Notes: generated by a model not told the origin, from the sequence alone. Shown: positions 48,676-62,937, numbered from the stretch's first letter. The stretch is 64,000 nucleotides of DNA from Takakia lepidozioides (GCA_030704615.1 CM060731.1:41416001-41480000), one strand, 5' to 3'. Numbers and translations are program-made.

Positions 48676-50423
48676 GTGCAAAAAGACGGTTCTGTCTCAT
48701 CAGAATCCCCTTCTCTGTATGTGGGTACGCAAAATTGTTAAAAAGTCCAAAAGGACTCCATCGAAAGTATATCAAAAGTATCACTCTGGGTGCAGCTCGG
48801 TTGGGCCTTGTTATGTTTTTGCAGGCAGAGCGATGGCAGCTTGCTCCTGCGCTCTGCCCTGCGCCAACAAGATGCCATACTCACTGCCGTCTCTTCGCCT
48901 TGCGATGAAGCCTGGGAGGGGGATTGCGAGGGAGGCATTCCAGGGAGCATTTAAAAGGCCAGGCTGTGGAGCTGAAGTGGGCTGATCCCGCTTTGCAATT
49001 CTCGGCTCGAGACTCTTGCCAGTGCCATCCATGGCTGTGACGGCTCCCAGCCCCCAGAAAAGCAGAAGGAAGGTATGGAGATGCACCTCTTGGCGTATAT
49101 GCATGTCTTGCCTGTATCAGTAATGCAGTATGCGATCCCAGCTTTAGGATGGCCCACCAGGTTTTCTCCGCAGGGTGATAGTTTTGTCACGAATTGCGCT
49201 TGGTCCCGGAAAAGACCCAGCAGTTTTTGAGCTCTCTTCAAAGTTACGGTTCCGACAGATTTGACTTACATGCTATGGTCCCACTGGGGTAGACATCAGG
49301 CTAATCATGATGGTGAAGCAGCTCTGCTACTTCTGCTCTACCGGCCTATTGGAGACATATCCACAATGGTGGCTGTCATTTAACTGCCAGTCAGCCGCTT
49401 GAGAGAGAGAGAAATAGATAAACGTATAACATCCATAGAGCCCATGGAACAAGGGAGAATAAACCAAGAACTATGTCAGAGTAATTCAGCGATAGAGAAA
49501 GAGAGTTCGATAGGAAACTTACACTATCAATTCCTCGAGAAGGCTCATACAATATTTGAGCTTCTATTTTAGGGATGTGTGGATGCAGGCCAGGAAACAA
49601 GCATAGTCCAGCTTGGGCATGCCTTCTTCTCATATCCTTGGGAGTGGTGGTCTGATAAGGTGAGGCTATCTCCATTGTCACCGAAGCATTTGGGTTCCTC
49701 AAATATACTGGACAAGTCTGTTATCTTTTCCAATTTCCTTTATGCATCTCTCACCCATGGTCTCACACCTGGGGCATTTCAATGTTTTTCTGAGTGAAGC
49801 TCTTTTGATGAAGTATTTGCTGTAGACTGGGCAATGATTTAGCTCCTTTGAGAAATGACAATTCAAATTGTTTTCTTCCACACCTGCAGCCATGGTTCTT
49901 ATTGTTGGATTTATCCATTGACGAAATATTTGCATTGACGTCCTCCGTCCAAACTCTTGCCTTGTGTGTGAAGCGATGCTGATGGAGCTATGGTGCTATT
50001 TCCTGGTCTGTGGGAGGCTGTGGCTTGTGAAATGCTTTGGCTGCTTAGCTGCACATTTGTGGTTTTCATAGAAAAGCCCAGAGCACCGGATTTCAGCCAT
50101 AGGCTAACAAAGAGGTCCTCTGATTGAGAATTGTTCAAACCCTCCACATATGCAAGCAGAGGTAGCTACAATGATACGAGGCCAAGTAAAGTCTGGTGGA
50201 CATACTATACACCATGGAGCTCCACACACCAGGTATTGTTTTCATGATGATCCAAGGCTCAAAATGACAGATTGGTGCTGTTTATTTTTTAAGCAAATGA
50301 TTGCCGTAGTTTTGTGACCATGGATTGTGAGCAAAGAAGAATGTCCTCATGGAGGGTTCTTCTTTGAAGTATCTATGAGTTTTCACAAAGATATGTGCAT
50401 TGAGTGCAAATGCTTGTTAACAA

Positions 50424-53278
50424 GTGTTTTGGGTGAGCAGAGTGGCAGGTTTGAGTCCAGCACGGTTGTCTGTTGGATGGCAGACTCATGTCAGTAGTAC
50501 ATCCATCATCGCCACTGCCTTAGAAAGAGGACCAAGAGAGGAAATCAAAGAAGAATCTGCTGGCCCTTGTGAGGATGTCAGGACCCTATGTAAGGCAGGG
50601 CAGCTGAAAGAGGCCCTGAATATTTTGAATCAAGAACACTGCATTCGAGCAGACTCCAAGATTTATGTTTGTCTCTTACAGGAGTGCATCAATAAGAAAA
50701 GACCTAGCAGAGGGGAAGGGTGCATGCCCACATTATGAAAACCGGATTCAAGCACAAACCTCTCTACTGAACACCCTCGTGAATATGTATGCAAGTGTGG
50801 AAGCGTGGTGACTGCACGTCAAGTGTTTGACAAAATGCCTGAACGATCTATATTTACGTGGAATATAATGATAACAGCATATGCCAAGCGAGGTTGGGAA
50901 AGAGAGGCTTTTATGATCTACGAGCAATGCAACGGGAAGGGGTGATGCCCAACAGGGTTACATTCATTTGCATTCTCAAGCGTGTGCCAGCCTAGGTACC
51001 CTAAAACAGGGTAAAAAAGTCCATGCTGACATCATTAAAGCTGGAATTGGGTCATATCTAAATTTGGAGAATAGCCTTATCGACATGTATGCCAAATGTG
51101 GGAGCATACAGGATGCATGTCACATGTTCAACAGTATGGTGCAACGGGATGTGGTCTCCTGGAACACTGTGATCGCAGGATATGCTCAGCATGGTGTGGT
51201 CGAGAGGCTTTTGAGAGCTATGAGAAAATGCAAGGAGCAGGGGTGATGCCCGACAGGGTCACATTCATTTCCGTTCTCAGTGCCTGTGCCATCCCAAGAG
51301 CCCTGGAAAGGGGCAAACAGGTCCATGCTGACATCATCAAAGCAGGAGTTGCATCATGTTTGTTCTCGAGACTGCCCTCACTGACATGTATGCTAAATGT
51401 GGGAGCATAAAGGATGCGCGGGAAGTATTTGACAATATGGCTCAAAGAAATGTAATCTCATGGAATGCAATGATTGCAGGATATGCTGCATGGGTGTGGT
51501 AAGGAGGCTCTCGAAATCTATGAGCAAATGCAACGGGAAGGGGTGAGACCTGACGAGGTAACATTTTTTGCATTCTCAATGCGTGTGCCAGCCTAGGAGC
51601 TCTGGACAAAGGCAAAAAGGTCCACACTGACATCATCAAAGTTGGAATTGTTTCATATATTAATTTAGAGAATACCCTTGTTGACATGTATGCGAAATGT
51701 GGGAGCATGACAGATGCGTGTAAAGTGTTTGATAATATGGCTGAACGAGATGTGGTCTCATGGAATGCCATGATGGCAGGATATGCTCAGCATGTGGTGT
51801 GGTAGGGAGGCTTTCTCTCTCTATGAGGAAATGCAACGAGAAGGGTACTGCCCGATAGGGTCACGTTCATTTGTGTGCTCAATGTGTGTGCTGACTTCGG
51901 AGCCCTGGAAATGGGTAAAGAGGTCCATGCCCAGATTATTAAGCGGGGATTGTTTCGTACCTAAAGTTGGAGAATACCCTTGTCGACATGTATGGCAAAT
52001 GCGGGAGGTTAAAGGAGGCATGTCAAGTGTTTAACAATATGACCAAACGAGATGTGGTCTCCTGGAGTGTGATGATTGCAGGGTATACTCAGCATGGTCG
52101 TGGTAGGGAAGCGTGAGATCTACGTCGACCAAATGCAGTGGGGAGGAGAGACACCCAACAGGGTCACGTTCATTTGCATTCTCAATGCGTGTGCTAGTTT
52201 AGGAGCCCTAGAAAAAGGCAAAGATGTCCATTCTGACATCCTTAGGGCTGGAATTGAGTCATGTATAAACCTGGAGACGTCCCTGGCTGACATGTATGCC
52301 AAATGTGGGAGTATGAAAGATGCACGTCAAGTGTTCTACAATATGGCTGAAAGAGATGTGGTCTCATGGAGTGCGATGATCGCAGGATATGCTCAGCATG
52401 GGTGTGGTAGGGAGGCCTTGCGACTATTTCAACAAATGCTATGGGAAGGCTTGAAGCCAAGCAGTATCACCTTTACATCTGTTCTCTTTGCATGTAGCCA
52501 TGCGGGCCTGGTGGATGAAGGTTGTCACTACTTTGATTCCATGAGTCGAGATCATGGTCTCACTCCCACAGTTGAGCATTTTGGCTGCATGGTGGACCTT
52601 CTTGGTCGTGCAGGACAATTGCATGAGGCAGAGTACTTAATTAACAGAATGCCAATTCAACCAGATACTGGGGTGTGGATGGCCTTGCTCGGTGCCTGCA
52701 GAGTTTATGGTGATGTGGAGGTAGCAGAACGTGCTGCAAAATGTGTTCTCCAGTGTGATCCCCAGTATTCTGGAGTTTATGTGCTGCTATCCAACATCTA
52801 TGCTGCAGCGGGCAGGTGGGATGATAGTGCAAAGGTACGGAAAATGATGGAAGACAGGTGTCAGAAAGGAGCCAGGGCACAGCTGTATTGAGGTTGGCAA
52901 CCAGGTGCATACATTTTTTGTAGATGACAAATCCCATCCACAACTTGAAGAAATCCACACTGAGCTGAAGAGATTGCTTGGAAGGATGAAGGAGTCGGAT
53001 ATGTGCCTGACACGCGCTTTGTATTATATGATGTGGAGGAGGTGCAAAAGGAGTTTACTCTTAGCTACCACAGTGAGAAGCTGGCGATTGCTTTCGGGCT
53101 CATCAGCATGCCTCCTGAGACCCCTATCCGCATTATAAAGAACCTCCGTGTATGTGGTGACTGCCACACTGCCACCAAGTTTATCTCGAAGGTTGTCGGA
53201 CGAGCAGTTGTTGTTCGGGATGCCAACCGCTTCCACCACTTCCAAGACGGGGTTTGTTCTTGTGGGGATTACTGGTGA
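50424..53278 (+). CDS. PLS-class PPR protein with E and DYW domains (organellar C-to-U editing factor); many 1-bp frameshifts, so either a pseudogene or consensus errors
   Basis: About six ~303-bp PLS triplets (DMYAKCG..., [14 protein letters not shown]), [30 protein letters not shown] and terminal CSCGDYW. Confidence 0.93.
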
Positions 53279-53806
53279 AACATGCAATACGCATGAAATG
53301 AAGTTAGCTGGTTCAATGTTGGGGCAGACATGTTATAATCTGTAATTATTTTCAGTACCCTCCTGGGTGTGAGGTGTTTATGATCTCTTAACAAAACCAT
53401 GAGTTCTGTGCACAGGTGAGGCATCTGCACAGGGACTCAAACATGTAAAACCACATGAATACGAGTTTTTCAACAGTGTCATGACAATCCAGCTTGCCAT
53501 TAATCTACATGAGCCCAAAGGATCCTGTCTGTCTGTCGCAGGACAGGGGGGTGACACCCCCCTTCAGATAGGATCTGCCCTGGTTGAACCATAGGTGAAA
53601 TGGATGCAGAGGATCATTTCTTCCAGGGCACAGAGTGGTGTCTCTAGAGAGATTTTCCATTGGTGGATGCTTTAGCTATGAGGACTGAAAGTATATTGGG
53701 GCATATGCAATGCCTTTCTTTGATTCTGTGTCTGTCCTGTGTCCCCTGGGCCCAGAGGCTTCCTTGTGACGTGCATTCTTTCCCTCTCTCTCTCTCTCTC
53801 TTCTCT

Positions 53807-54659
53807 CTTTTCCACTGTAGAGGGATCAATTCTGAGGTCAAGAAAACCATTCTCTGTCACGTTATTAGACCTGCCTTGGAGTATGCATCTGCAATATGGG
53901 CTAAGTCCCTAGAATCCATTCAAGTGGGGTGCTTAAGGAGTGCATGTTAGCATGCTCCAAAACAGCCAATGTGGCGTTCGGAGTTTTGGCATCCCTTCCT
54001 TAAGCTCCCCGACGAGATGAATTCAAGGTCAGATGGTGGGGTCAGCTGCAACATATGTCCAACACCAGATATCCTAAGTTAATCTACTCTATATCTTGGA
54101 AACAGGACCGCTCTGTCAAACAGGCTAAGTCCTGGCAGAAGAGAGTAGAAGAGATTCTCGAGGATCTGAATCTGAATCCGCAAGTCTTGACCCTGCTGGA
54201 TAAATCTGACTTAGAGGCTGAAGTGTCCAAAGCTATGTCTGTTGCCAGGAAATTGTCTGATGAAAATGAAGTTAGGCCCCAAACTTGTTTCCAGTCTGTG
54301 ACATGGGGGAGGACATCAGGATGACCTCAAGGGTCTCCCACTCTCGGCACTAGACTGAAATTTAAACTCAGGGCAGGAACCTTACCTTTAAACAGCAGAC
54401 AGAAGCAGAGAGAAAGGGAGAGTGCAATTCTCCGTTGTGTGGGCAACCTGAAGACAATATTCATTTTCTGATCACTGTCCGGGGTTCTCTCACCCGAGAG
54501 ACGCTCTCCTCAAGTCTTACTACCGACCTCAGCCCCTCACAGTCTTACTACCGAACTCAGCCCCTCACAGAGGTAGGTTCTGTCCCTTTGTGTTCCGCTC
54601 AAACTGGGCACTGGGTCAATGGCCACAAGGCTACGGCAAACAACATCTTATGACTACAT
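53807..54659 (+). mobile_element. 5'-truncated LINE family B copy
   Basis: Homologous to 60128-61170 ([18 protein letters not shown]); TSD TCTCTCTCTTCTCT at ~53793-53806 / 54660-54673. Confidence 0.88.
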
Positions 54660-55326
54660 TCTCTCTCTTCTCTACAGGTTGGATGTATCAGGGTGATAGT
54701 TATGTCTCAGGTTAAATGTTTTATTAGATTATCTGTCTCAAGAATATTGTGCACATGGTTTCTTATGATCATCTGCAACATTTCTGGACACATTCCCCTC
54801 AAAGGTTTCTTGGGTTTCCATACCATGTTAGTCTCCATTAAGACCCTTTTTCCTTCCACCTTCAATGTGAATAATTGCACCACCTTGCAGCATGTTTATA
54901 GAATGTCCTATGTTTGGAAAAATAACTCTTTCTCACCACATGTGAGAATGTGTATCATGTTTATGTCAAATTTTGTCACTGCGTGAACTGAGTAGTGCCT
55001 GCCAAACTGCATAATGGCTTTCCAAACCCTTGGGGAAGGTTTTAAGAGACTCATAACCAGAGAAAATATTCAGGGACTCGTGACTCGTGTACTATAAGCA
55101 GAATGACAGGTCTCTTGCTCTAGTCAGGTAGGTCCTTTTCCACCACTTCATATGCACTGAGATCCCACATTGCAAAACAAGTAGGCCTGTATGTACTAGG
55201 TAGCGCATTGCGCAGCAGCCATTACGGGCCTCTCCTTGCTCCATCACACCAAACACTTGCAGCGTTTTCCATTCCTCCCTAGAATCCTATAAACATAAGA
55301 TCTCCAGTAATGGAAGGTGGATAATC

Positions 55327-58300
55327 TTACTTAGAAGGAAGTGGCCATAAGCCTCCAGCCATGACCGCCTCAATTTCCCAAATCTCGCGTGGACACTTCG
55401 TTAGGTTCTCACAACCATCTGCTGTCACTACCTGCAAAAGTAAGGGAACTGTGAGGGCAGTCTCCATCATCTCTTGTTCATAGCCTGTACGAAATAACAT
55501 AGAAGAGTGTGTGAATCCCATTGTAACCAAAGAAAAACCAAGGACATCAGACCAGTGCCTCATATCAAAGCTGGAAGACTGCTTGTACATCTTGTACAAA
55601 CAGAACTCTCTCTTTCACTGGACCACATGAGGTATAGATTTATGTGAACCTCTCTCACCAGGTCATCCTCAAGCCTCACACCCCCACTGCTACGCAACCT
55701 TTGTAGGGCCTGCTTCACGAAGAACTGAGACATTGCAGGGTCTTCGAGTGCAGGTGCCAGTAATGCTTCTATGAAATAACATCCTGGCTCCACTGTCACG
55801 ACCTGCATCATCCACAATGCCCTTACAGACTGCAATTGTACGACTACCTATGAAAATTGTTCAATAGACGAGAAGATAAGCACCATCGGATTGCAGACAG
55901 GCAAGCAGAGAATCTTGTTCCTATGGTGGCCAAGGTGAATCCAACCAGGGAGACACAAAAGAAGAAAGACAGCTGCAGGGACCGGGGGAAGACTTGCACG
56001 TAGGCAGCTGGATAGGTCTACACAACAAATCTCAGCAGCATACCCAATTACGGGAATACTCCAAAGTAAGAAACACATAGACCAAGTACCCTTACCATTC
56101 CCTCCTCCAACGTGCGTACTGTCCTCAGGACTTCAGACCAGGCTCACAGATCCTGTCCGTGCCCTGCTCATCGACCGAGGAATTAAGTTATCTCCTCACA
56201 TAGGATGTGTCAACACTGATGTGACTGAGACTCCAAGATCTAGTATACATTGACATACTGAGAATTCACTTTTGTAATATCAGCAGAAATGAAGGATCAT
56301 AACTTGTACTCTCAAGCTCACTGGCAATAATAATAATAAGGCCACCACATATGAGGAGACTTGCTTTTGGATAGCCGCCTGTATCATGCGTATCCAACCC
56401 CAAAAATGGCCAAGGCCATGTGCATGAATACCGCTCCCCTGTTCTTCATCATCTCCTCCAGATCCCTGAACATTGTCAAAGTCTCATTGCTTGTAATAAG
56501 ATCTCCTTGTTTTGAATCGGATCCATAAAAAGAAAGTTGCAAATGCTCGCGCTGCGAATGGTGACGATTGCTGAACCCTTGTCAGCATGCTAGCCAGCAG
56601 CTTCCCAAGCAAGCAAATTTGACAGCAAGCAGATATTGCTTCGGATTGTCTGTCATCCACGTAAGTAGAGATCTCTTGGATTTTTATCAAAGCCCAGCCC
56701 AACATCTACTACAGCAGTAAAGCAGTAAATTTGATTATTTTCCCCAATTCCCGGAAGCCCTACAAGCCCCCAGCTTGAAAAGCAGTACTGCAAGCCAGTT
56801 CCTGATAAGAAAATCAAGGAAAATAAAGATTCACATGTCCAGGAGGATCTGCGTACTTGTGCATATCAACCCAACTCACGCCAGGTCTCATTGTTGCTAT
56901 CACAGCCTTCTGTGCCTCTAGCACTGCCCTGCACGTTAGCAACAAAGCAACGCTGCTGAACTATTTCCTAATAGTCCTCAGTAGATGGTGGAACAGTTGA
57001 AATTTTATGCTTTTGTGTAATACGATTTACAGCTGGAAACAGTCAACTCAACTTGTGGTCATTGTAGCTGCTAAGATCACATTCATGAACAATGATTGCT
57101 CACAGGATGAGCCAGTGAGGAACAAAATGGATGGTGCAACAGCGCGGAAAGTGGACTCACCCCATATACAGCGCGCTGGTCATCTGTAAATTTCCCATTG
57201 ACCTGGGTAACATTTCCCAAGGAAAACAGACATGACAAATTGACAACGAGTCAGGGCCCTAGTGGAACAACAAACTATCCCACAGTGCCCAACTATGAAT
57301 GCTTCATGATCATTATATCTCCTGCAATTCAGTGATCCCTACTCCAGTCATAAAGAGCTTGTGCACTTCATACTCCTTTGAATGATTGCGAACAGGAACC
57401 ACCCAACACCCTCTCATGAGAATATCGGGTTCCCTGTCCAACAATCAAGGAAAGCTCCAAGGAGACAACCGAGACAAAATAATAAAAGCACCGCTGTCTT
57501 CATAATGAGTATGTTATGCAATATATTCTACTCACAGGAAAGGAGCAAGTGATGTCTGAGCCATAGAAATGATACTCAGCTCCCATGTCAAGAAGCGCCA
57601 TATCACCATCCAGCAACACCTTCAATCAAGCAACCACACAATCACAGAAAAACTCAACCAGTCAGAGTGCATAACAAATTTGAGCATGAGATTTTGCTCC
57701 ACCCTTTGCCAAGCAACACAAAAATCTCAAAATACGAAACTCATGCAGAGCTCACATTTTGGCAAAGCAGTGATTCTTTGGCATTCTGGCATCACTTTAG
57801 ATATCGTTGGGCCAAAACAATTCATTCATTCCCTGCCAGTGGGAAAGGTGTGGTGCAGACACAAATCACAGGGAAGAAGATGGTTCACACCCGATCATTT
57901 GGAGCAGAAGCATGCCCATAATGCAAGATGGAACTGCCACCAACCCACCCCAGCATTACACACTACATTGACACCCACTGTCGTCCCCCTCATTATAACC
58001 TTCATGCCCCCATCCATTAACATATCCAGGTTTGGAGAGGATCCTTCCATTTCACACTCTGTGCAATTTTAATTATTATCAGTCTTCACATGCCATCAAC
58101 ACAGCAGGTATGAAATATCTTGGACCAGGATCAACACGTATAAAAGACTAGTGTTAAACACAACTGGAGACCAAATTGCAACGGTTTGATATCCTCACAA
58201 GGCAGGCAAATATCCCACAACTGCCCACTTTTGTGATATAACAGCCCTTGGACATGGGGATTTGTGTAAGATGAATGTGCAATATTATAACTCTAAAGAT

Positions 58301-61300
58301 TGAAAACACGGCTACGGCAAACAACGTCTTATGAGTACATTCTTAGGATTGAAAACATAAGGAGGAAGGCCACCTGTTTGCACCAGTCGCGCAGATGCAG
58401 GTATATGAGCAGTGGCGGCAACCTCCATGCATATAGACATGGTGCAAAAATGTACTCTCCAGTTGGTACTCCTTCATGCCCACCGTTGCTGTCCTCATAA
58501 CCTGTACCATGTCTCCTCCTTGTAAGTTACTCACTTCAATGTTCAATGTAACACCCCCCTTTCCAGCCAATTCTATATCACGTCCACGTCAATGGCCACA
58601 AGGCTACGACAAACAATGTCTTATGAGTACAATCTATATCACGTCCACAAATGCCAAGCGCAATATTGCTCATGACTGGGGATGCTGTGGACCAGCCAGC
58701 CGTCTTAGAGGCAGAGACTCATGCAGATATGCTGCTAAGCATTTCTGAACCTCGTAATGGAAGACCTCTGTGAGATAGTGGGTATCTCAGAATAGATAAA
58801 GAATCTCCCACAGATCTCGCAGTAGAGAGGACAGCGAAAGAAGAAATGTTCTTCCCGATTGATTTCCCTGTTGTTTCCAGCGCAAGTGGGACACAGGCAG
58901 GCCTCACGTTGCAGATTGTCCCACCTACCAGTCTCTATCCGCAGACTGTGGGAGCCCACCCTAAACCTCCCCAATGCCCTAGAGAGAGCTGCAGACAGGT
59001 AATTGGGCCGCAAGATTCTTCGTCACTGAGGACCAAGAATGTCTCCCAATAGAACTGCAGTTTTGTTGTAGGATTGGCTGGTTTCCATGGTCGCTTAACG
59101 TGAAATTCCATAAGTTCTCATCTGATGCATCTGTTGCGGTCCCGCTGGACAAAATTTCTACTCTTTTGTGGCAGTAGGGAAGCAACGGAGAGTCCGTGGT
59201 GCTCAAAAAAGTTGAACAGAAAGATTGCATGGATATCTACATTGTGATCTAAAACAGGGGTAAGATTGATTCCTATCCAGCTGAATTGTGCAGTTCTTTT
59301 CCAGTTTCTTGTGATCCGGCCAGCTTGTCAGTAATGGGACTGCGTTGGTAAGAGATGATTACATTGGTAGAAAATCTGAACATTTGTTGGATAAACTTGG
59401 AAGGAGTAGAACCTTCCTCGGATAAACAGTAAAACTATGCAAAAGCTCAAGAGTAGACCTCAACATGGGCTGCAGAGCTGACGTTGTTGACATAGCGCAT
59501 AAGATCCAGCTCCAACTTCAACTTATGCACACGGCACTCACTCAGTACTGGATGCAGAAGTTCCATGTCACTCTTGAACATCTCTATGCCCTGCATCCAC
59601 AACATCAATAAACCATTAATAAGCAAACAAATCATACAATTGTAAACACAATGGAGTTCAGTTGTCATGAGACAAGTGCTGTCTCCTGGATGTAACAATT
59701 AAGTGAAGCCCACAGTGCCCAGGAGCCTGGCCTGACCCATTCCTAGCATAGACTTTTCCCAGAATCCCCAAGCCTGAAAATCTAACTTGCAAAATGGTTT
59801 CTATTTGTTTGTCCCCATGCATTAAGGTGTCCACCATTTCTTCCAGCTTCCGTGAGACAGTTTGGAAAAGCACGATATTCTCAAGTTTCAGAGATTTGAC
59901 AGACTCGCCCTCTCTAAAAGAACTAAATGCTTCTACTTCACCTACATCGAAGCTTGATCTGTGTCTGAAAAGTTGCATCCTTAACTAGAAGGATAATTCA
60001 CTAGGACATAATTTTGAGCTGGAAGTCAGTGGAGGAGGTTGAGGAGTGATCTAGCGTGAGTGAGAACTGGAAAGATCCATAGGAAAAAAAAAAAAAACAT
60101 AGAGAAGATATAGGAAAGATCCAGAGATTGTACTCATAAGACGTTGTTTGCTGTAGCCTTGTGGCCATTGACCCCGCGCCCAGTTTGAGCGGGAACAAAA
60201 GGGACAGAACCTACCTCTGTCAGGGGCTGACGTTGGTAGTAAGACTTACCTTCATATATAGAATTAATCCGGGTTTTCCAGATATCCTCTAGAAATCCCT
60301 TCACACAAGCATCAATCTGCTGTGTGATTTGCCCAAAAACTAGGCCTCAGGAGGGCCTGGGCTTTTGGCTCAGCCTCGAGCCTTTCAAAGTTGGTAAACA
60401 GGGGTACAGGCACAATTCCCTTGATAGATTTGAAGAGAGTGTCTCTTTGGTGAGAGAACCCCGGACAGTGTATCAGAAAATGAATACTGTCTTCAGATTG
60501 CCCACACAACGGGCAATTGCACTCTCCCTTTCCTCTCTGCTTCTGTTTGCTGTTCAAAGGTAGGCTTCCTGCCCTGAGTTTAAATTTCAGTCTAGTGCCG
60601 AGAGTGGGTAGACCCTTGAGGTCATCCAAGATGTCCTCCCCCATGTCACTGACTGGAAACAAGTTCAGGGAAGTTTTCTGCCTAACTTCATTTTCATCAG
60701 ACAATCTCATGGCAACAGACATGGCTTTGGACACTACAGCCTCTAAGTCAGATTTATCCAGCAGGGTCAAGACTTGCGGATCCAGGTCCAGGTCCTTGAG
60801 AATCTCTTCTACTCTCTTCTGCCAGGACTTAGCCTGTTTGACAGGGCGGTCCTGTTTCCAAGATATAGAGTCAATTAACTTAGGATATCTGGTGTTGGGC
60901 ATATGTTGCAGCTGACCCCACCATCTGACCTTGAATTCATCTCGTCGGGAGCTTAAGGACGGAATGCCAAACTCACCCCGAACAGCCACATTGGCTGTTT
61001 TGGAGCATGCTGACATACACTCCTTAAGCACCCCCACTTGAATGGATTCTAGAGACTTAGCCTGGTTGGAGTTATCAACCCATATTGCAGATCCGTACTC
61101 CAAGGCAGGTCTAATAACGCGACAAAGCATGGTTTTCTTAACCTCAGAGTTGACCCCTCTGCAGTGGAAAAATTTAGTGAGCCCCAGAGCTTTGCCCTTG
61201 CCAGTTTGAACAACTTTCCGGATATGTGCATCCCAATTACAATTGGAGGAAAACTCAACGCCCAGGTAAGTGTAGGAAGGGAGGACCGGGATCTCTTGGC

Positions 61301-62937
61301 TACCCCACTGCCACTTAAGATCACTTCCTCCCTCTCCTCTGTCGTTGAATGCTACCACTGCACATCTGACATTAGCCTCTAGCCCCCAAAGATCAAAGTA
61401 TCTCTTCGCGCAATCAATCAACTCGTGGAGATTGGTTGGAGTCTCCCCTATGCCTGCGAAGTCATCCGCAAACATAAGGGCTGGTATGGTGGTATCACCC
61501 ACCCTTAACCCAAATTCCTCACTCTCCACATCCTCGAGGAGTTGATTGATGAAAACATTGAAGAGCAGAGGGGAGAGTACATCCTTGAGCTACACCTTGG
61601 TCTATGTCAAAGAAGTTGGACTTCTGTCCGTTAACAGTGACACAGCTTTTGGTGTGAGCATACAAGTTGTGGACAACTCTCCACATCTTTCCCTTGATCC
61701 CACAAGACCAGAGGCGGAACCATAGGCCATCTCTCCACACTGTGTCATAAGCCTTTTTGAAAGATCCAGAGAGTAAGTTATTTAGGGCTAGCCTTGAAAG
61801 AGGCAGGTTTGCAGTAGTTGCCACTGTCTGTGTTGACACCATAAAGGAGATATAGCGTCAAATCTCCTTCTCCTTGCTTCACTCCTTTCAAGACATCAAC
61901 TAGCTCATCCACATAGTGCACGGAATCAACTTCATACATTTTCTGCAATGGCCCATTACCCAATGTAAGTAGGTGGTCAGAGACACATATACCACAAAGG
62001 CATCCAATCATGACTATTTGTACTTGGTCTCTTAGGAGACATTGGCAAATAGAAGAGATTCTTTTCTATGTACCATTCTCTGTGGAAATCACTGGGACAT
62101 TGTGCGGTTAACTGGAAAACTTAATACATAAACTGTGCCACAGCATCGATGTTTGGGGTCTGGCTGGGGGGAATTCACGTGTCTACAAGTGACAGACTAG
62201 CGCCAGGATTCTCTTTCAACTCAAATGCAACCCCTGACACAACTAAAAGCACAGAATGTATTGGTACTTAAGACAACCAAAACAAAGTAAAGGCCTTCGG
62301 AAACTCCACAAAAGTCCTTCCACATCCCAGATCTCACTCCTGGAGTCTCTCATAGGATGTTATCTTACCTGAAAATAGGAAGGTGGCTCTATTTTACCCA
62401 ACCACACTGCATACTCCGGATTAAGCCGTGGGATGAACAGAAATGCCCTCCCGGTAGATACATCCTTGTCAGTGAATCATCACCAAGTCACAAAGTCAGA
62501 TTTCAGGCATACCTACCTTCTACCCAACTGTCAACGATAACATACCAGTACTCATGAACGTGCCGTCAATTTTGTTGTTAGGTTATCATAAAATTGGTAA
62601 GACTACACCCATATTAGAATCTTGATGGATGGAAATATGACACCAGAAAAAAGCCCGTATGTTCCTTCATAAGCAGCACACTGTTTACACAGAGCCACTG
62701 TTGGTGTTTGATGGATGGTACATCGATGCACTACTATCGAACTGCTGCCACAAAATGGGTGAATTTTGTGTGACTGGGATCCTGGCAATATAGAGAACGG
62801 TGAATCACACACTGCCCCAACCCCAAAACCCTGCAAATATAGCTCTAATTTTAACAAAGAGTGTGGTCGCATACCAGAGCACCATAGAATCCTGGCTCCT
62901 TCACGCCGAACAAGTATGCAAAATAGCTCTCCTGCCT
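55327..62937 (-). CDS. PEPD: Xaa-Pro dipeptidase (prolidase, peptidase M24B); 5' end not found and probably lies beyond the window
   Basis: Exons [16 protein letters not shown] (~62877-62937), [13 protein letters not shown] (~62367-62464), GVNTDSG (61793-61942), LSECRVHK (59459-59591), [15 protein letters not shown] (58374-58500), [20 protein letters not shown] (~57535-57610), HGLGH..DTHD (~56362-56467), [16 protein letters not shown] (55659-55802) and the last exon 55327-55431. Confidence 0.94.
58309..58340 (+). mobile_element. Ultra-short 3' tip of LINE family B
   Basis: CGGCTACGGCAAACAACGTCTTATGAGTACAT flanked by the imperfect duplication TCT(AAA/TAG)GATTGAAAACA. Confidence 0.75.
58588..58632 (+). 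mobile_element. 45-bp 3' tip of LINE family B
   Basis: GTCAATGGCCACAAGGCTAC...TTATGAGTACAA with the perfect 16-bp TSD TCTATATCACGTCCAC (58572-58587 / 58633-58648). Confidence 0.88.
58700..59230 (-). mobile_element. LINE family A 3' fragment in a PEPD intron
   Basis: [20 protein letters not shown]...CPTC...[10 protein letters not shown]. Confidence 0.85.
60128..61758 (-). mobile_element. 5'-truncated LINE family B with RT and C-terminal CCHC knuckle in a PEPD intron
   Basis: [28 protein letters not shown] and [15 protein letters not shown]; 14-bp TSD GAAAGATCCAGAGA at 60114-60127 / 61759-61772. Confidence 0.93.
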
